From positions 7,130,001 to 7,194,000 of the forward strand of contig NC_134031.1 of NCBI RefSeq assembly GCF_964204645.1: DNA of 64,000 bases, read 5' to 3'. Positions 11,800 through 25,400 of this stretch are shown here, in pieces. The stretch's first letter is position 1. Every line of letters starts with the position of its first letter. Made by a program: the position numbers and the translations under genes. Origin of the DNA: Tubulanus polymorphus. Taxonomy: Eukaryota > Animalia > Nemertea. The notes below the pieces were generated by a model. It had not been told where the DNA came from. It ran no database searches and was given only the letters and a program-made list of their open reading frames with translations.

Positions 11800-13140
11800 G
11801 TATGTGTTGTTTATTAATTTCATGGCTATATTTACAAGCGATTTATGATATACTACAGTATTCTAGTAATACTAATCTGTACGTATTTTCATATTTCATT
11901 TGATCGTTTGGCCACCTCTGTTATAAACTTTCGTATTTAGTTTGAACGATATAAATCTGATTTCGCCTTGCGTCGGAACAAAATTGTGCCGTGAAGTGAT
12001 CTTTCGCCTAGTTATCCGAATAAGCTCGATGAATTTGGAAAAATTTACGAACCGATTTCGAGGTAGCCAGCGACAAGAATCTCTACATAGACTTGTTTGT
12101 TGGTTCGTTCTTATAAATACTATGTATATCCATAGAAAAGTTATCAGTACTAAAACCGACACAGAGGGCACTGTGTCAGATGAAGATATCTAATTAATGA
12201 CGCCGTTATGCACGATTCATTGGTGCAGATCATTTTAATACATCAATAATAATCATAACATCAATTTACGCAAATCAATCAAAGTTAAAAGACTCGATTG
12301 TTCTTGCGATGAAGTATTCTGACTTAATTTACAAAATTATGTTCTTTTCACGGTTTAACAAATAAAGGCTACACGAAAAATTACAGAAACTCGATATAGA
12401 AACTCATTGAGACAGGTTTTTTCCTACACGAATGAAAACTTCTCTGAAACCTGTTTAAGTTTACGTGTAGATGACTATGTTTGACTAGTTCGTAGCTTAT
12501 GACTAGATACAGGAAACAATTTGTGATAAAATGCCATCTTTTACTACAAATTTGCTATAAATTTGGAAAAGAAATGAATAAATAAATTATAAAATTCTGG
12601 CCCAAGCGCTTAAACCCTCAGACGGGTTAGTTCTAGAATAATAGATAAATTAACATTCAACATATATGTATGTATAGTATGAACAAATTATGAGATCTTT
12701 ATTTTTCATAAACTAACGTTCGGGCGTAACCAGTACTAAATGGCTGCAGTGTAAAGTTCCAGCATTTCTTAATGAATTTTTGAGGTGAAAATTTTTAAGT
12801 TCTCGGTTGGATTCTATTGCCAAGAAGCTATCTATCACAATGATCGTAAGTCTACAGTTTGAAAATGTTTTCTAGAGAATTCTTCTGCGCATTTTAAGGT
12901 AAGCAAAACAATAGCATTCGAACGCAAGGACCTGAATACATCGATTTTACATATTTACAATATCTATATACAGCTTGTTTGGAATGTACTTTTACTTTTT
13001 TTCATTATCAACATAACCACTTAAAAAACAATGATATCCATTTAAAAAGTCACGATAAATGAAAAAGATTAAAACTGTGTTCGTTCTCTTGTCATACACA
13101 TATACATATTGTTTCGTTGAATGTAACGAAGAGATCTTTT
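11800..13140 (-). other. Lhx3/4 3'UTR (about 1.3 kb) with poly(A) signal
   Basis: AT-rich non-coding sequence after the stop; AATAAA on the minus strand at about 11815-11810. The end point is inferred. Confidence 0.5.
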
Positions 13141-13481
13141 TTAGTAAACTTCCACGTGATTTGACGTATTTCCAGGCGGGTAATCCTGGTATCCTCCGTC
13201 CGACTCGGTGACGTCATGCGGAACCATACGGGGATGCCCCATCGGTGGTCCATGACCCATATAATTGTCACTGGGCATCATCTGCTGTTGTCCGAGGCTA
13301 GGAATGTTTGGGGAATGGCGACCTATGTAGTGCGCACCGGGCGATATGTTATTATTAAAGTGCATCCAATTCTCGTTCGGAGGCGTTCCCGGTGGTATAA
13401 CGGGCACCTGTCCAATACTAGGTTCTCTGTCCATCGGTCCCGAGCCGTACAAATCGCCATCCAAACTACTGTCAAGGTCAT
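13141..13481 (-). CDS. Lhx3: Lhx3/4 last coding exon (Pro/Gly/His-rich C-terminus)
   Basis: Acceptor tttcag| at 13482, phase 1; [18 protein letters not shown]...HVEVY*. Confidence 0.85.
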
Positions 13482-16400
13482 CTGAAAGACGAAACGCATA
13501 TGGTTGTAATGTAAGTTCACATTATACGCGATTGATGAAAATATCAATTCTAGAATTTTTGTCCGCTCTATATTTGAACGGTTGGCAGCTTATAACGTAT
13601 TCTTTATCACATTGTTTCCAGGTAACATTTGTGATGTGACATGGGAATGGCACGCGCGCGGTAATTGTTTGACTCGTGCGGCCCGAATTCAGATTATTTA
13701 TACCGATACCGGCTTCGGTGGAAAAAAAACGCGATAGAAAATTTATGACGATTTTTATTCGAGGATAACTACTACATAAAATTTCATACGCGGTTGCATA
13801 GATGCGGGTCGACTGTTTGTTTTAGTTTAAAAAAAATTCTTCTGTTTGGAAATCAAATAAAAGGCGTACCGAACTGTCGGTCAACAAAGGTCACCTAAGG
13901 CTGGCTTATGTCGACAAGCGACGCGACGCCTACTGACTCCTAGCGACGCAACTGAGAGCAACCGCGATCGCAGCCCAGCTTATGTCGACTGCGCTCCGAT
14001 TCGCAGCAATTGAGGCCGTTACGAGATCCTCCCAGTTGCTTCCCTGCTTATGTCGGTTATGATTACTGGCAACTGCAATGGCTCAGATGGTCCCGTGAGT
14101 TGGTCACGTGATAAGCATTTTGAGAATAAATTTGAATTATTTTGAATTATTAGGAAATATATTTCTATTAGAAAAGCTATTTCTTTAAGATCTTTATCTT
14201 TCTTTCTTGTCGACATAAGCCAGCAATTTAAGTCGGTTGTGATCGAAAGCAACTGTCCGCCGGAGTAGAACATGGGCAACTAGCCGGATACGGCTTGCTA
14301 CGAGTCGGTAGGCGTCGGGTTGCCGTCGCAAGCCGGCTTATGTCGAACCGATAGAGCAGCAACTGGCGGCCTCTCGTAGGTCGCAAGTTGCCGCGAATCG
14401 GCGATAAACCCAGTTGCGTCGGTAGGCGTCGCGTTGCTTGTCGACATACGCCAGCCTTAACATAAGTGATTTCGATGAAAGCCATAGAATAAATGTTATG
14501 AAACTTACTTTGATATGAAATGTCAAGGTCATCAGATCGTTCATCTGCGCTTTGGCCACCTTCCGTATCGCTATGGCTACCTCGACTGTGTTTAGATCCC
14601 CGGAAGTAAGGACTCCATCTCTGTCTTCCGGCGTCTTTCTTTAACCGTTTTTCTTTCGCTCGTCGGTTTTGAAACCATACCTGGATATAGCAAATTTATC
14701 GAGCGTCAAAATTGTGCAAAGCATCAAGAAATACCGATCGCAAATATTGAAAATAGTTCGCGATGGTTAAAAGTTGATTTGACTAGATTTTTCTTCACTT
14801 TTTAAATTAAAGATAGAATAGAATATTATGTATTTCATGATTTCGAGTAATTCATTGTGCACACGTACCTGTACAACTCTCATATCTAAACCAGTTTCAG
14901 CGCTCAATTGTTCTCTGACGTGTCGAGCCGGTTTAGGACTTTCATTGTAAGCACGTTTTAAAGCTTCTAGTTGTTTCGCCGTTATAGTCGTGCGCGGTCG
15001 TTTGTTCGCATTGTCAATATCAAATTCTGTAACAGATAAAAAATACGGAGATGATAAGTCAGAAAAATATAGATTCATATCAACTGCTATTCTAGTGAGA
15101 TGGGCATATTCAATTCAATTCAAAATATATTCATTGCTCCGTAATGACTTTTTACATTTTTGGTTTTGCGCAATGAAGAATGAAATATAAAAGATATAGA
15201 AAATATGAAAAATTTTAACAGTTTTTGTACTATTTACATGGCGGAGGTTATACGCATGTTCTGTTATAAATTTCTTTTGCTCAGCCATTTATATACACGA
15301 AGGTCATGAGCTATCAGGGGTGAGGACATTATGATGTTGAATTGTTTTCAGATGTCGTAAATTATTGGGTCGGGGAAATGAGCATCAAAGAAATAGTTCA
15401 CTTCGTGTAGTTAATCAAATACTTTGATATGATCGGTCTCGTACTAGAATCAAACATGGGCCATATAGCCTGGTCATGGAATCGAGAACCGGACACCGAA
15501 TTTCAGAAAATGCGTGGCCTCGATTATCTAACCTAGTATAAGTTCATTATCATAAAAAGAATATCTTTATTTTTTGTTTGTTAAAACAGTAGAACCATCA
15601 TCAAAATAGAAGGAAATTTACCTCGTGCTTTAGCGCTTTCATAATCGGATTTACAGACGAGTTTTCGGTCTTCCATCAAGTAAAATTCATCCCCAGTATT
15701 CAACTGTCTGTTGCACATCATACAAGCGAAACATTCCAAGTGGTACACGTAGTCCTGTGCTCGACGTACCACTTGCGTTGGCGGTATACCCTGATCACAT
15801 CCGGCACACTTGGTACCAAACCTTCTGTAACAAACATGAAACGTCAGTTGGTGTATGGTTTGGAATAGCCTGGCGGACCTGAGGCTTAAGCCTGGGGCCA
15901 GTAGTTCAAAAGTTGACCCCGGTTGCTCTAAAGTTGGTTAAAGATTACCGGCGGATAAATGCCAATATAGTTACAATTAAATTTTAATTGTCACATGCCA
16001 ACTATCCACCGGTTAACTCTAACCGACTGTTGAAACTGGCCCCTGGTTTTACATATATGAAAAGATCGATCTTTAGCTATCTGAGAACGTTGAGGTGTCA
16101 ATAAACTATATTTACATTTCAGTGTGATTTTGCTATAGCTTGTCTTGTTTTCAATGAATAAATAATGCATGGAATAAAAAGATGGTATTCATTCTTTCTT
16201 ATGATGTATACCTTTATTTAGTCATATTTCTTTTCAGAAAGTTGCGACCTGTAACTTTTTTTCAACAACACAAAAATACAGTTTTTCTTTCTTAAGTAAC
16301 CGGTGCATTTATTAGTTGGAGACGCATAAAAAGGAAATGAAGTAAAATAGAAACATTCATCTTTTTTAGTTTCGTATGATGTACTTTGTTGTGAAGATCC

Positions 16401-19400
16401 GAGAACAGTCTGTTGACAGATTGATAGCTAGGTCACCACCGTAGGGGAAAGTTTAATCAAGATTAATCCTCACCTGAAGAAATCCTCTTTACAATAGACT
16501 TTATCTCCTTTTGAGAAGCATTTATCACTGAGTTGCGTGTGACAATCGGCGCATTTCAGACACTTCGAATGCCACGATCTGTCTAAAACCTTCAGTATAA
16601 ACCTGTCCAAAATCGGCTCGGTACACCCGGCACATTTAGGAATGGCGGCTGAAAAATACAACGATACATCATCATGAATAAGACTTAATTATTACGAAAA
16701 AATGATGGTCACATTTCCTTTATTACGCATCAGAGAAAATCTCGTAGCTTTCTGCGAAATTCGTGCATCACGATGAATAGTGCAACAGATATATTGTCAT
16801 ACTTATAGGTGGGACACGTTCATAGTGTTATAGTTTGAATCAGTTGTTCGCAGTTTCGGAATTTAAAATTCAAAAATTATTCATCATTTCATTTCCGTTT
16901 AGTTGAAGAGGGTACGAAACAAAGGAAATATTAGATAGGCTATTGAGTTCTTTGTGCGTAAGCTGAAGAATCCCTGGTGTAAAGGGGACAGTCACAGTAA
17001 GGATATGTTAAACTAATTACGATCACTATGCTGTATATTGCCGCCATTTTCAATTCGGATAATTCGAGTTGATGAGGCCAGAAATTGAATTATTTGTCAT
17101 TATTTGTCGGTTGCCTAGCGCGCTGTCGGGCTTTGGTGCGAGCCATTATTCCAGATGGTTTAAACACCCATAACGTAGTAGATCGATAGTTAACTGAATT
17201 ATAGAGAATTGGTTTGGACAGCTCTTGGTGTCAGTCTGAAGTGCAATGCTAGTCATCCTCAAACTGCCTATTATCCAATACGACAACGCACGCTCGCTTC
17301 ACTAGGAGACAGTCTCGTATTCGTCAAAGCGAAACTATCTTAAGGCTGAAAATTTTCAGCTTCAGGGGCGGACCCAGTAGGGGTTCCCCCTACAAACAAT
17401 TTTTCGAGTGCCCCTACTTTTCTAGCCCGATTTTTCTGTACGTTTTATAAATACATCTATTTACAGTTTCACAGTTGCTGTAACGTATAATGAGTTCAGG
17501 TGCCATGAAAAGACACTGAAATAAGTCAAAAGTCACTGAAATAAGTCTAGATTTTCAGGATTTTCTTGGGAGGGGGATATACCCTGCCTACAGCTTCGCA
17601 CTTTCGGTGCTCCGCACAGCGCCGGCTATGGAGTATCGTTGCCCTTTGTTCTGCAGCCCTTTGAAGAAATCCTAGATCCGTCCCTGAATTTCAAGCCTTT
17701 ATACAGGTCAACGAAGATGTTATCTCTCCTATTATGTATATACTTGATTTTACCATAAATGTATCAGTCGTAAACAATGTTTTTATGTGTATGCTGAATA
17801 AAGTATGCATTGAATTGTAAAAGAACACTCCATGATTCCGAGTCTGTACGAGTGTACGTTTAATAGTTTTGGTTCATTGAGGAAAACGCCGATTGGCCGC
17901 CATATTGCCTTCGCGATAAATCGATCTTCGCCTGATGAAAAGTTTTAAACGAGCACATTTCCACTGTCAGACTTTGCCGCGTTTTACCAATAAAACTGGA
18001 GATTTATGCGGGATATTCTGTGTAGGTTTATGTGGATATATGGAAGGTTTAATGTAATGCAGGGTGGGATTAAAACTGACTAGCCGGTTATTTATTGTTT
18101 GGGGTGACGCTGAAACACGGAGACTTAAGACGAAATAGATACGATCAATTAGACCTATACTATACGATGGTAAAGCACGAGGAGCAAAAATATTCGAAAA
18201 AGGTCCGCAGGCAATGCATGAACTGATTATCATTTTCCTCAACGTTTTTTATTAGAGAAAGCTCTAGGTTGTCAATTTAACGTCAGTGCGCGTAATTTTT
18301 GCCAATTAAGTGCAAGCGGTTGATTGAAGTAAAAAGTTACAATTGACTGCAATGGTGAACCGCAATATCAGCTTATCCCACCAGAAGGTTTGACGAGCAA
18401 TCAATCTTACGTTATCAAAATCAGTTAATTTCCAATGAACTTTTAAACTGAATTTTTATGTTCCCGAATTCATATATTATCATCGAATGTACAATGAATT
18501 CATTTTTTCTACTCAGGTATGGGTATAGTTTTCATTTAATAATTGATTCATTTTAAGAAAAAAAAATTCGCTCCATTTTAATTTTAGTTTTCATTAATAA
18601 CTGATCAAGAAAAGTTCGAGCAACTGCTAGCGAACCCGGTGGATCCTCGCCTGCCATAAGTAAAATCTTTGATTGCCGCAAGAGGTTGGAGGTTCTCCAT
18701 TCCACGGCCACTATAAAGCACTGTCAGAACGACACGATTTTACTTTTTCAATTATTGGTCAGTTCACTCGATCTGAGAGGATTACTTTTAAAAATGCGTA
18801 CACCGACTTCATTTCGTCGGCCGACAAATTGCGAATGCCCGCCGTAGCAGAAGAGATGTAGTGGTTTGATGATACGCCGGGATGAAGACGGATATAACCA
18901 GGTGATATCCAGTGATGCGATGAAGTCATTGATCACTCGGGTTTGGTTGACAAGGCGTGTACAGTCACACATTAACCCGATTATAGACAGAATCAATCGA
19001 GAGTGAATGTGTATAAGAGAGCTCGAACACCGCTAAGAGATCAAATATGACAACCGCGGAATTCTCGATTAGTTTTAGATATTGGAAGAAAAGCGTCTAG
19101 ACAACCTTTATAGTAAAAGTGCTAGCCTTTACTAACAATATATAAAAGAAACATCAGAAAGTTACTTATAGCTGCCAATTAATTCATCGAATATACCATG
19201 TCATTCAACATTTGTATTTTGGATAAGTTATTTCTGTTTTGAGTAACAACCATCGTATACATTGCTCCTCACTTAAAGATATGGATAGATAATTTGTTCA
19301 TGATATTTCTACATTTTCTCCAGATTTTTTCAATTATTTCTCGTTGTTTTTGTTTTTTTCTTTTGTGACTCTTGAGGGAGATACATAACGCAAGCACCGG

Positions 19401-22400
19401 TTTTCTTCGTACCATCCTCGCTGGCTTGTTCTTTCATTTATATATGTATTTCCTTTATTGTCAAATGTAACGGCACAAACTTACATGTTTATACTGTTTG
19501 AATATATTAAGTGAAAAACAAGTACGGTGATAAAAAGTCAATTAATGATAATAATGATAATAAATCTTACATACACTTGATATCATATTTGATTTCATGT
19601 TAAATATATACCCTCAACGTTTTTAACTCGGGGATCATGCTGAAATTTTCTTGAATAAATATTTATCTTCTATTACGCTTAGTGGGTGTAAAATCTTATC
19701 CCACGTGTCTCGAAAATAATTACAGTTCAAAATCCGCATAAGAGTCACATTATTTCAAGATTTTTTTTATGTAAAGGGATTCTCCAAAATTCAGCGCACT
19801 TCTTCGCTGAATAACCCGTGAGGGTAACTAACGCTGTCAGCATAGTTTCGATGTTTTGAGTAAACAGACAGATGTCAACCAGTACCAGCCTGATTTAAAC
19901 ATACAGATGGCTTTGTTTGATTTGTATAAAATCATGGAATTCTCCAATGCATAAATAACGAAGATTATCCCAAAGGGCAACAATACGATGTCATCGCTAT
20001 CCCGGAGTATTTATCGCTGCCAAAGACGTTCTGTGTTTTACAGCGAGTCTAGTTCTATAAGAAGTCCCTTGTCCATAGGCCGAAAATCTCACAATCAGAT
20101 TTTTAGCGGGTAGAAAAGATATTATATACTGTTGATGATTCGTATGGGAATTGACTAGGCCCCCAACGGCATCAAATGCACGCATTATGCGTATCAAATT
20201 GACGTATACAATTTTGTCCATGGTCAGCCCGCCTCTATATTCTTTATGAAGAAAACGCCATCGATTTTTGCGCCGACTTAGGCACGAAACAGACCTCGCT
20301 AGCCAGGGTCGGCGTTCGTACGGATACATCACGATCATTAATCAGAAAGTCACATTACCCAAACACATACCGACATCGGCACAAATAAAAGAGTTGTAAC
20401 CAGAATGATGAATAGACTTAGGATTGGATTGTCTGCCGCCGCCGCCGCTGCTGCTGTGACTGGTGATGTTATCATCTTTCTTGCCGCATCCCGGATTATC
20501 CCAGCTTCTAGTCGGATGCAGTAATGTCATTATGATACCATCACCAATAGGTGTATAGATTTGAAATGAACGTATACTCCAGACTCGGTACTTTTAGTAA
20601 GCCGCTATAGCTAGATACAAAATTCAAAATGATTTTCGATCGAGTCTGTGATAGATATTGAGGTGTTGCGGATAATGAGGTGCTCCAAAACCTGGGAAGA
20701 AAAACCATAACAGAGACCTCCATTACATGCTAAATAATAATAAGCATTCACCTTAAAAAGCATTGCAAAATTTCGGAACATTTTTGGGATTCGAATCTGC
20801 CAAGACACGAACCCCAGTCCAATTCGCAAAAACGGCGCAGATCGGATTGCTTGTTATTTATATAATCGCCGAGGCAAGTTAAAGGATAAATAGAATAATT
20901 CGGGTTAAAATAAGATGCGATTTTTCATTGGCTAATCATTCATTGAAAAGATGGTTATATCCATAGCTATTTACAATATAGACTGTTTGAATAAAGATTG
21001 AAACGTATGACGTGAGCGCTCAGAAAGAGAGGATGATTCAGATTTATGGTAGATATGTGTTTCTTAAAGTCACAGTGACGGTCAAATTGATCTGGTGAGA
21101 GCAATATACGCGTTACCTATGAACGATAAAGAATTACAAAGAAGTGGAAAATTCTGGGATCAACAAAATTGGGACTAAGTTGATAATCCTGCACTAAAGC
21201 CGGGCGTAGGTGATGCGATCGTCGGTGACGGTCGCAGTGAGTAGCAAGCCGTCGTATGGCCGACCTGCGCCCGCCTTTGATCGCAGCATATTTTGAAATG
21301 AAAATCAATTCAAAAGATGAAAAGTCACTTGTCGATTGTCATTTCATTTCTAGAAAATAAAAAGCTCGATGTGACGTCGATGAAAATATACGAATCATTT
21401 CTCAGTAGGATTAAGGATGCCGGCTAATTGAATTAATTATTCATTATCTCGCATCCCACAGCGTATTGCACGCTGAATGAACGCCGCCAGGTCGTACTGA
21501 ATCACCAGTGTTCGGGCGATTGTTGAAGTTCCTAAATTCTGTAATACGAGTAACGATCGTACATGTATTACGTACGATGAGTTCACGGCTAGAAAGCTTT
21601 GTTCGAAAATGGATTTCTTTCCGTTCCACTCATTTCTATTTTTTCTAAATGATTCGTTATTCTGGGTGTTTTAGAAAGGATGAAATCACCATGTTTGACA
21701 AGTTAAGAAATATGAAAATAATGTCCCACTTCATTTCCATTCTAAATTGCTTTCAACTAACATTTTTAGCTATTATGAAATAAGTGTTGGTATATTCGCT
21801 TCAGAACAGCATTTAATTCACTTGAAATAAATGATACAATTTATTGTCGCTGACTCTAAATTGAATCTCGTAAATCGATTTCATTGCGGATGATTGTTCT
21901 TTAACCAAAATACACACGATAGACTAACTAAAGTCCAAACCGTGACATCAATCCCGAAATACAATTTCTTCAAGGAGGACATCAACTTCAATTCAATTGA
22001 ATTTTGAAAATATATCCAAATAAGGGGCAAATGAATTATTGAATCGATACAACATAAACTTCAATCTTGGCCAATAGAATAGTAATGTCTTCCTTGAGTT
22101 GTTTTCGGTTATCATTATGGCGGCCTCCAGAGCCGGTCGCCGTTGCCTCATTACAACCGTGAAAAAATCTTGACCATAAAAGGCTGATTAGCCGTAACGA
22201 GTATCACCAATACACAATCGAATACAAATTGGATTCGAACCCGTATAATTCAAAAAACCTTTAGATAGGCTTAAAGTTTTTTTCAGAAAATGAAATGCAT
22301 TATTTTCCAGAAATCAAACAAGATAATTTTCGTAAAGTTTCAAACAGATTTCTAGATCGATAGTCGGGTAACCATTTCGTGAAGTTATCGGTTTTCTGGT

Positions 22401-25400
22401 TTCCGATGTCTCAGCGATTAGTTTTCCAGATAAGCCGGCCGACTAGAAATTGAAATGGTAATTCGAGATTCGACGTTGGCGCGAGTAATTTCTCTTTCAT
22501 TGTAACGAGTATTGTTGCCGATTCAGGTGCAACAATCGAACTGACAGTTTTACCGATTGTTGCACGAGATTAGCAATCATCGCCATAGTAACCGACCGCC
22601 GTACAACTGGTCAACGCGTGGCTTTCAACAATGGCGCGTATCAAACTTCCATTGTTACACAAGAAACCCACCCTAGAATTCGAACTAGATTCTAATGATC
22701 TTTGTCGTCGTCTCCTAACCGGAAATTACCTAATCAGTATAATGTGTGAATCTACTTTTATTTCAAAACCGGGTTGTCAAAATAGATGGTCTTATATCAT
22801 ACAAAGAGCCCGCCGAAGCAAATTCGCTAAATTGGGGCAGCGTTCAGACCGTGGACTCTAAAGCGAAGATTGTCCCAACTCGTTTTTTAATCCATATTCA
22901 GACGAAGCTGAAACTGTTCGAATTTTACCCGGAACAAAAATGGATTTTGCGATGAATCGTCGAAATACCTAGTAAACATATAGATAGATTTGTTTGGGGA
23001 ACAGGAAGTGAAACGAGTGGATTGACACAGATTATGGTGTGAACTCCACCACCGCAATTAAAATGAGATTACCGCGGTCGAACAAAGAGGAATGATAGGT
23101 GGTTGAATAGCTGGCGGGTTGACCGGCGGTCTCTGCAAATATTTGACATCGAGAGTTTTAATGTTGTTTAAATATCGTATTAAACCCCCGCTCGCTCAGA
23201 CAGGGCGAGATTCCAGTTTATGCACATCTGTTTCGAATTCGACGCTTCTCCACATCTGTAGCAAAATCTCTAAAAAATGATAATCTCTCTCAGCCATTAT
23301 CGATGTGGGCGAGAATGCCGGTTTTGTCGTATAATATATGCTTGAATTGTCTCCGAGGCGCGAGACGGAGGAGTCTCTGGTATGTGAGGGCACCATATTG
23401 GTTTGTTGGCGAATTATGACGAGGCGCGTGAACAACTGTTTGACAACTAATAGATTCTAATCAACAACTCGTGCAGAATGAAAACAAATCATCGAATGGT
23501 CTTCGATTCGCTTTCCCCATTTCAGTATGCCTCGGAAAAATAGAGATTATTTTCAGTACGTTGTCAACGACACTTTACGGCCACTAAACGACCTGTGAAA
23601 TCGTTGAAACCGTAAACCGGCAAAAATCTGATAAACCTCAGCGAAGTTCAAACAGAGTATCGCCCGTGTACCGGGAGAAAGTCATCCTATTGTTGTAGCA
23701 TTGTTGTCGGATTGTTGTTAGAAGTAGTGGTGATAGTTTGGTAATTATGGGGTTTATTGTTACGGATGAGTTTAGACCGCCTACGGGATAGCTCCGGACA
23801 GGACCGGATTGGGTCGACCAATATACTGCCAGTCGCCATCTGTTCCGCATTGAACACCCGCCGAGAATAGCCCTCTTTACCCAGCACGCGTTCGCCATTC
23901 AACATATTTAATTTTAAAAGCAAAAACCAATCTTATAATCCAATATAATTCGTGTTTTCCTTTTGATTTTAACGCGCGGCGCGTGCGTCGTCTTAGAACG
24001 TAAAACAAGTTATCGCGTTTTAAACAGCTATCATTTTAACCCAATAAACCAGATCATAATCCATTTAGGAAATTACAACTCTATTTTCAAGGGTTGTCAT
24101 CGCCAATGGATTCTTTAAGTATTCCTAACCATGTAGAGTGGAGAAATAATTTATATTTAAGTTTTATATCAGAAAGTAAATTTATGGTTAAAATACGAGG
24201 GTTAACGAGTTGCTTACAGTGTCTATATACCTTGTTGCTCTGCACACATACATCGCAAACAAAAACTTGAAATTATGAATGAAATCATAATCTTTAATTC
24301 ATTTATTGACTGAAAATTATTGATATGTAGTAATTTGATATACCTACGTTTGATACCAATAGAAAATCTCTAAAATATACAAAAGCTACTTGATATTTAT
24401 ATTTTCTTATGTCTGATTTATATCTATACTAGCAAAATCTGGGTTGGAAAATTGATTGAGTCTTCAGTGGAGCTCAGCAGAAAATGCAAAGCTGGGTTGA
24501 TTTGTTTACCATGTGGCGAGAGTGGCTGGTTTGCAGGGCTAGTATACCCCTCCGATTTGACAGGCTCTTCAAATGTGGGTCCAATAAAATCAAATATTTT
24601 CAAAATATTTCTATTCGCAACTGCTAGTTGAAATTGGCGAACGTTATAATGTTAGAATAGATTACCACCGAAAATGAATATTGAATAAACAAATTGAAAA
24701 TACAATACAATTTTACAACTCCACAAGCAGACAATTTTTATGTTTCCCCAGTTTCCGACGAATTCAAAGTGTTTCCATCCGTTAAAACGGTACATCGATA
24801 TTTTGTATATATATAACTTACCCAATAAGTTGACATTGTTCACCGGATAGTGAGCATAATCTTCTTCGCTCGAGATATACATCGTTTTATCAATAGTCAA
24901 TAAATAGAAAAGTCAGAAACGTTGATCGAACTCGAGTCTCGTTGACGAGTCGCAGAGTCTAAATTCTATCTGATTTACGGAATTCCGTTTCGGATAATTA
25001 GATTAATCAATCGTTACGGCGTTGGCGTCAATTAAGCGTTAACGCGTTACGAAGCATGATCCTTATTTCAACAGTTACTTTTTTCCTCAGCCGAGGATTT
25101 TCCTAATTTTCAGCAGCTCGTCGAGCGGGCACTTCTTACGCGTCAAAAACTCTTTAATTCTCGCACCGGAGACTCCGTCACAGCTTATCGCGAGTTTATA
25201 GTTCAGATAGAATTATCCCTCTTCCTGTTCGGTTCCTTCCTGTATCTGGCGAGTTTTGCCGCTTGTTTCTGGTCTGATTTCCTGTTTCGATTTGACTCCT
25301 CGATCTGTCAACAATACCGCTTTATTCGCACGCGTATGCTAATTTGACGTATTACCGTCATCGCCGTTTCGACCTGTCAGAATTGAGCTTCGAGTTTTAG

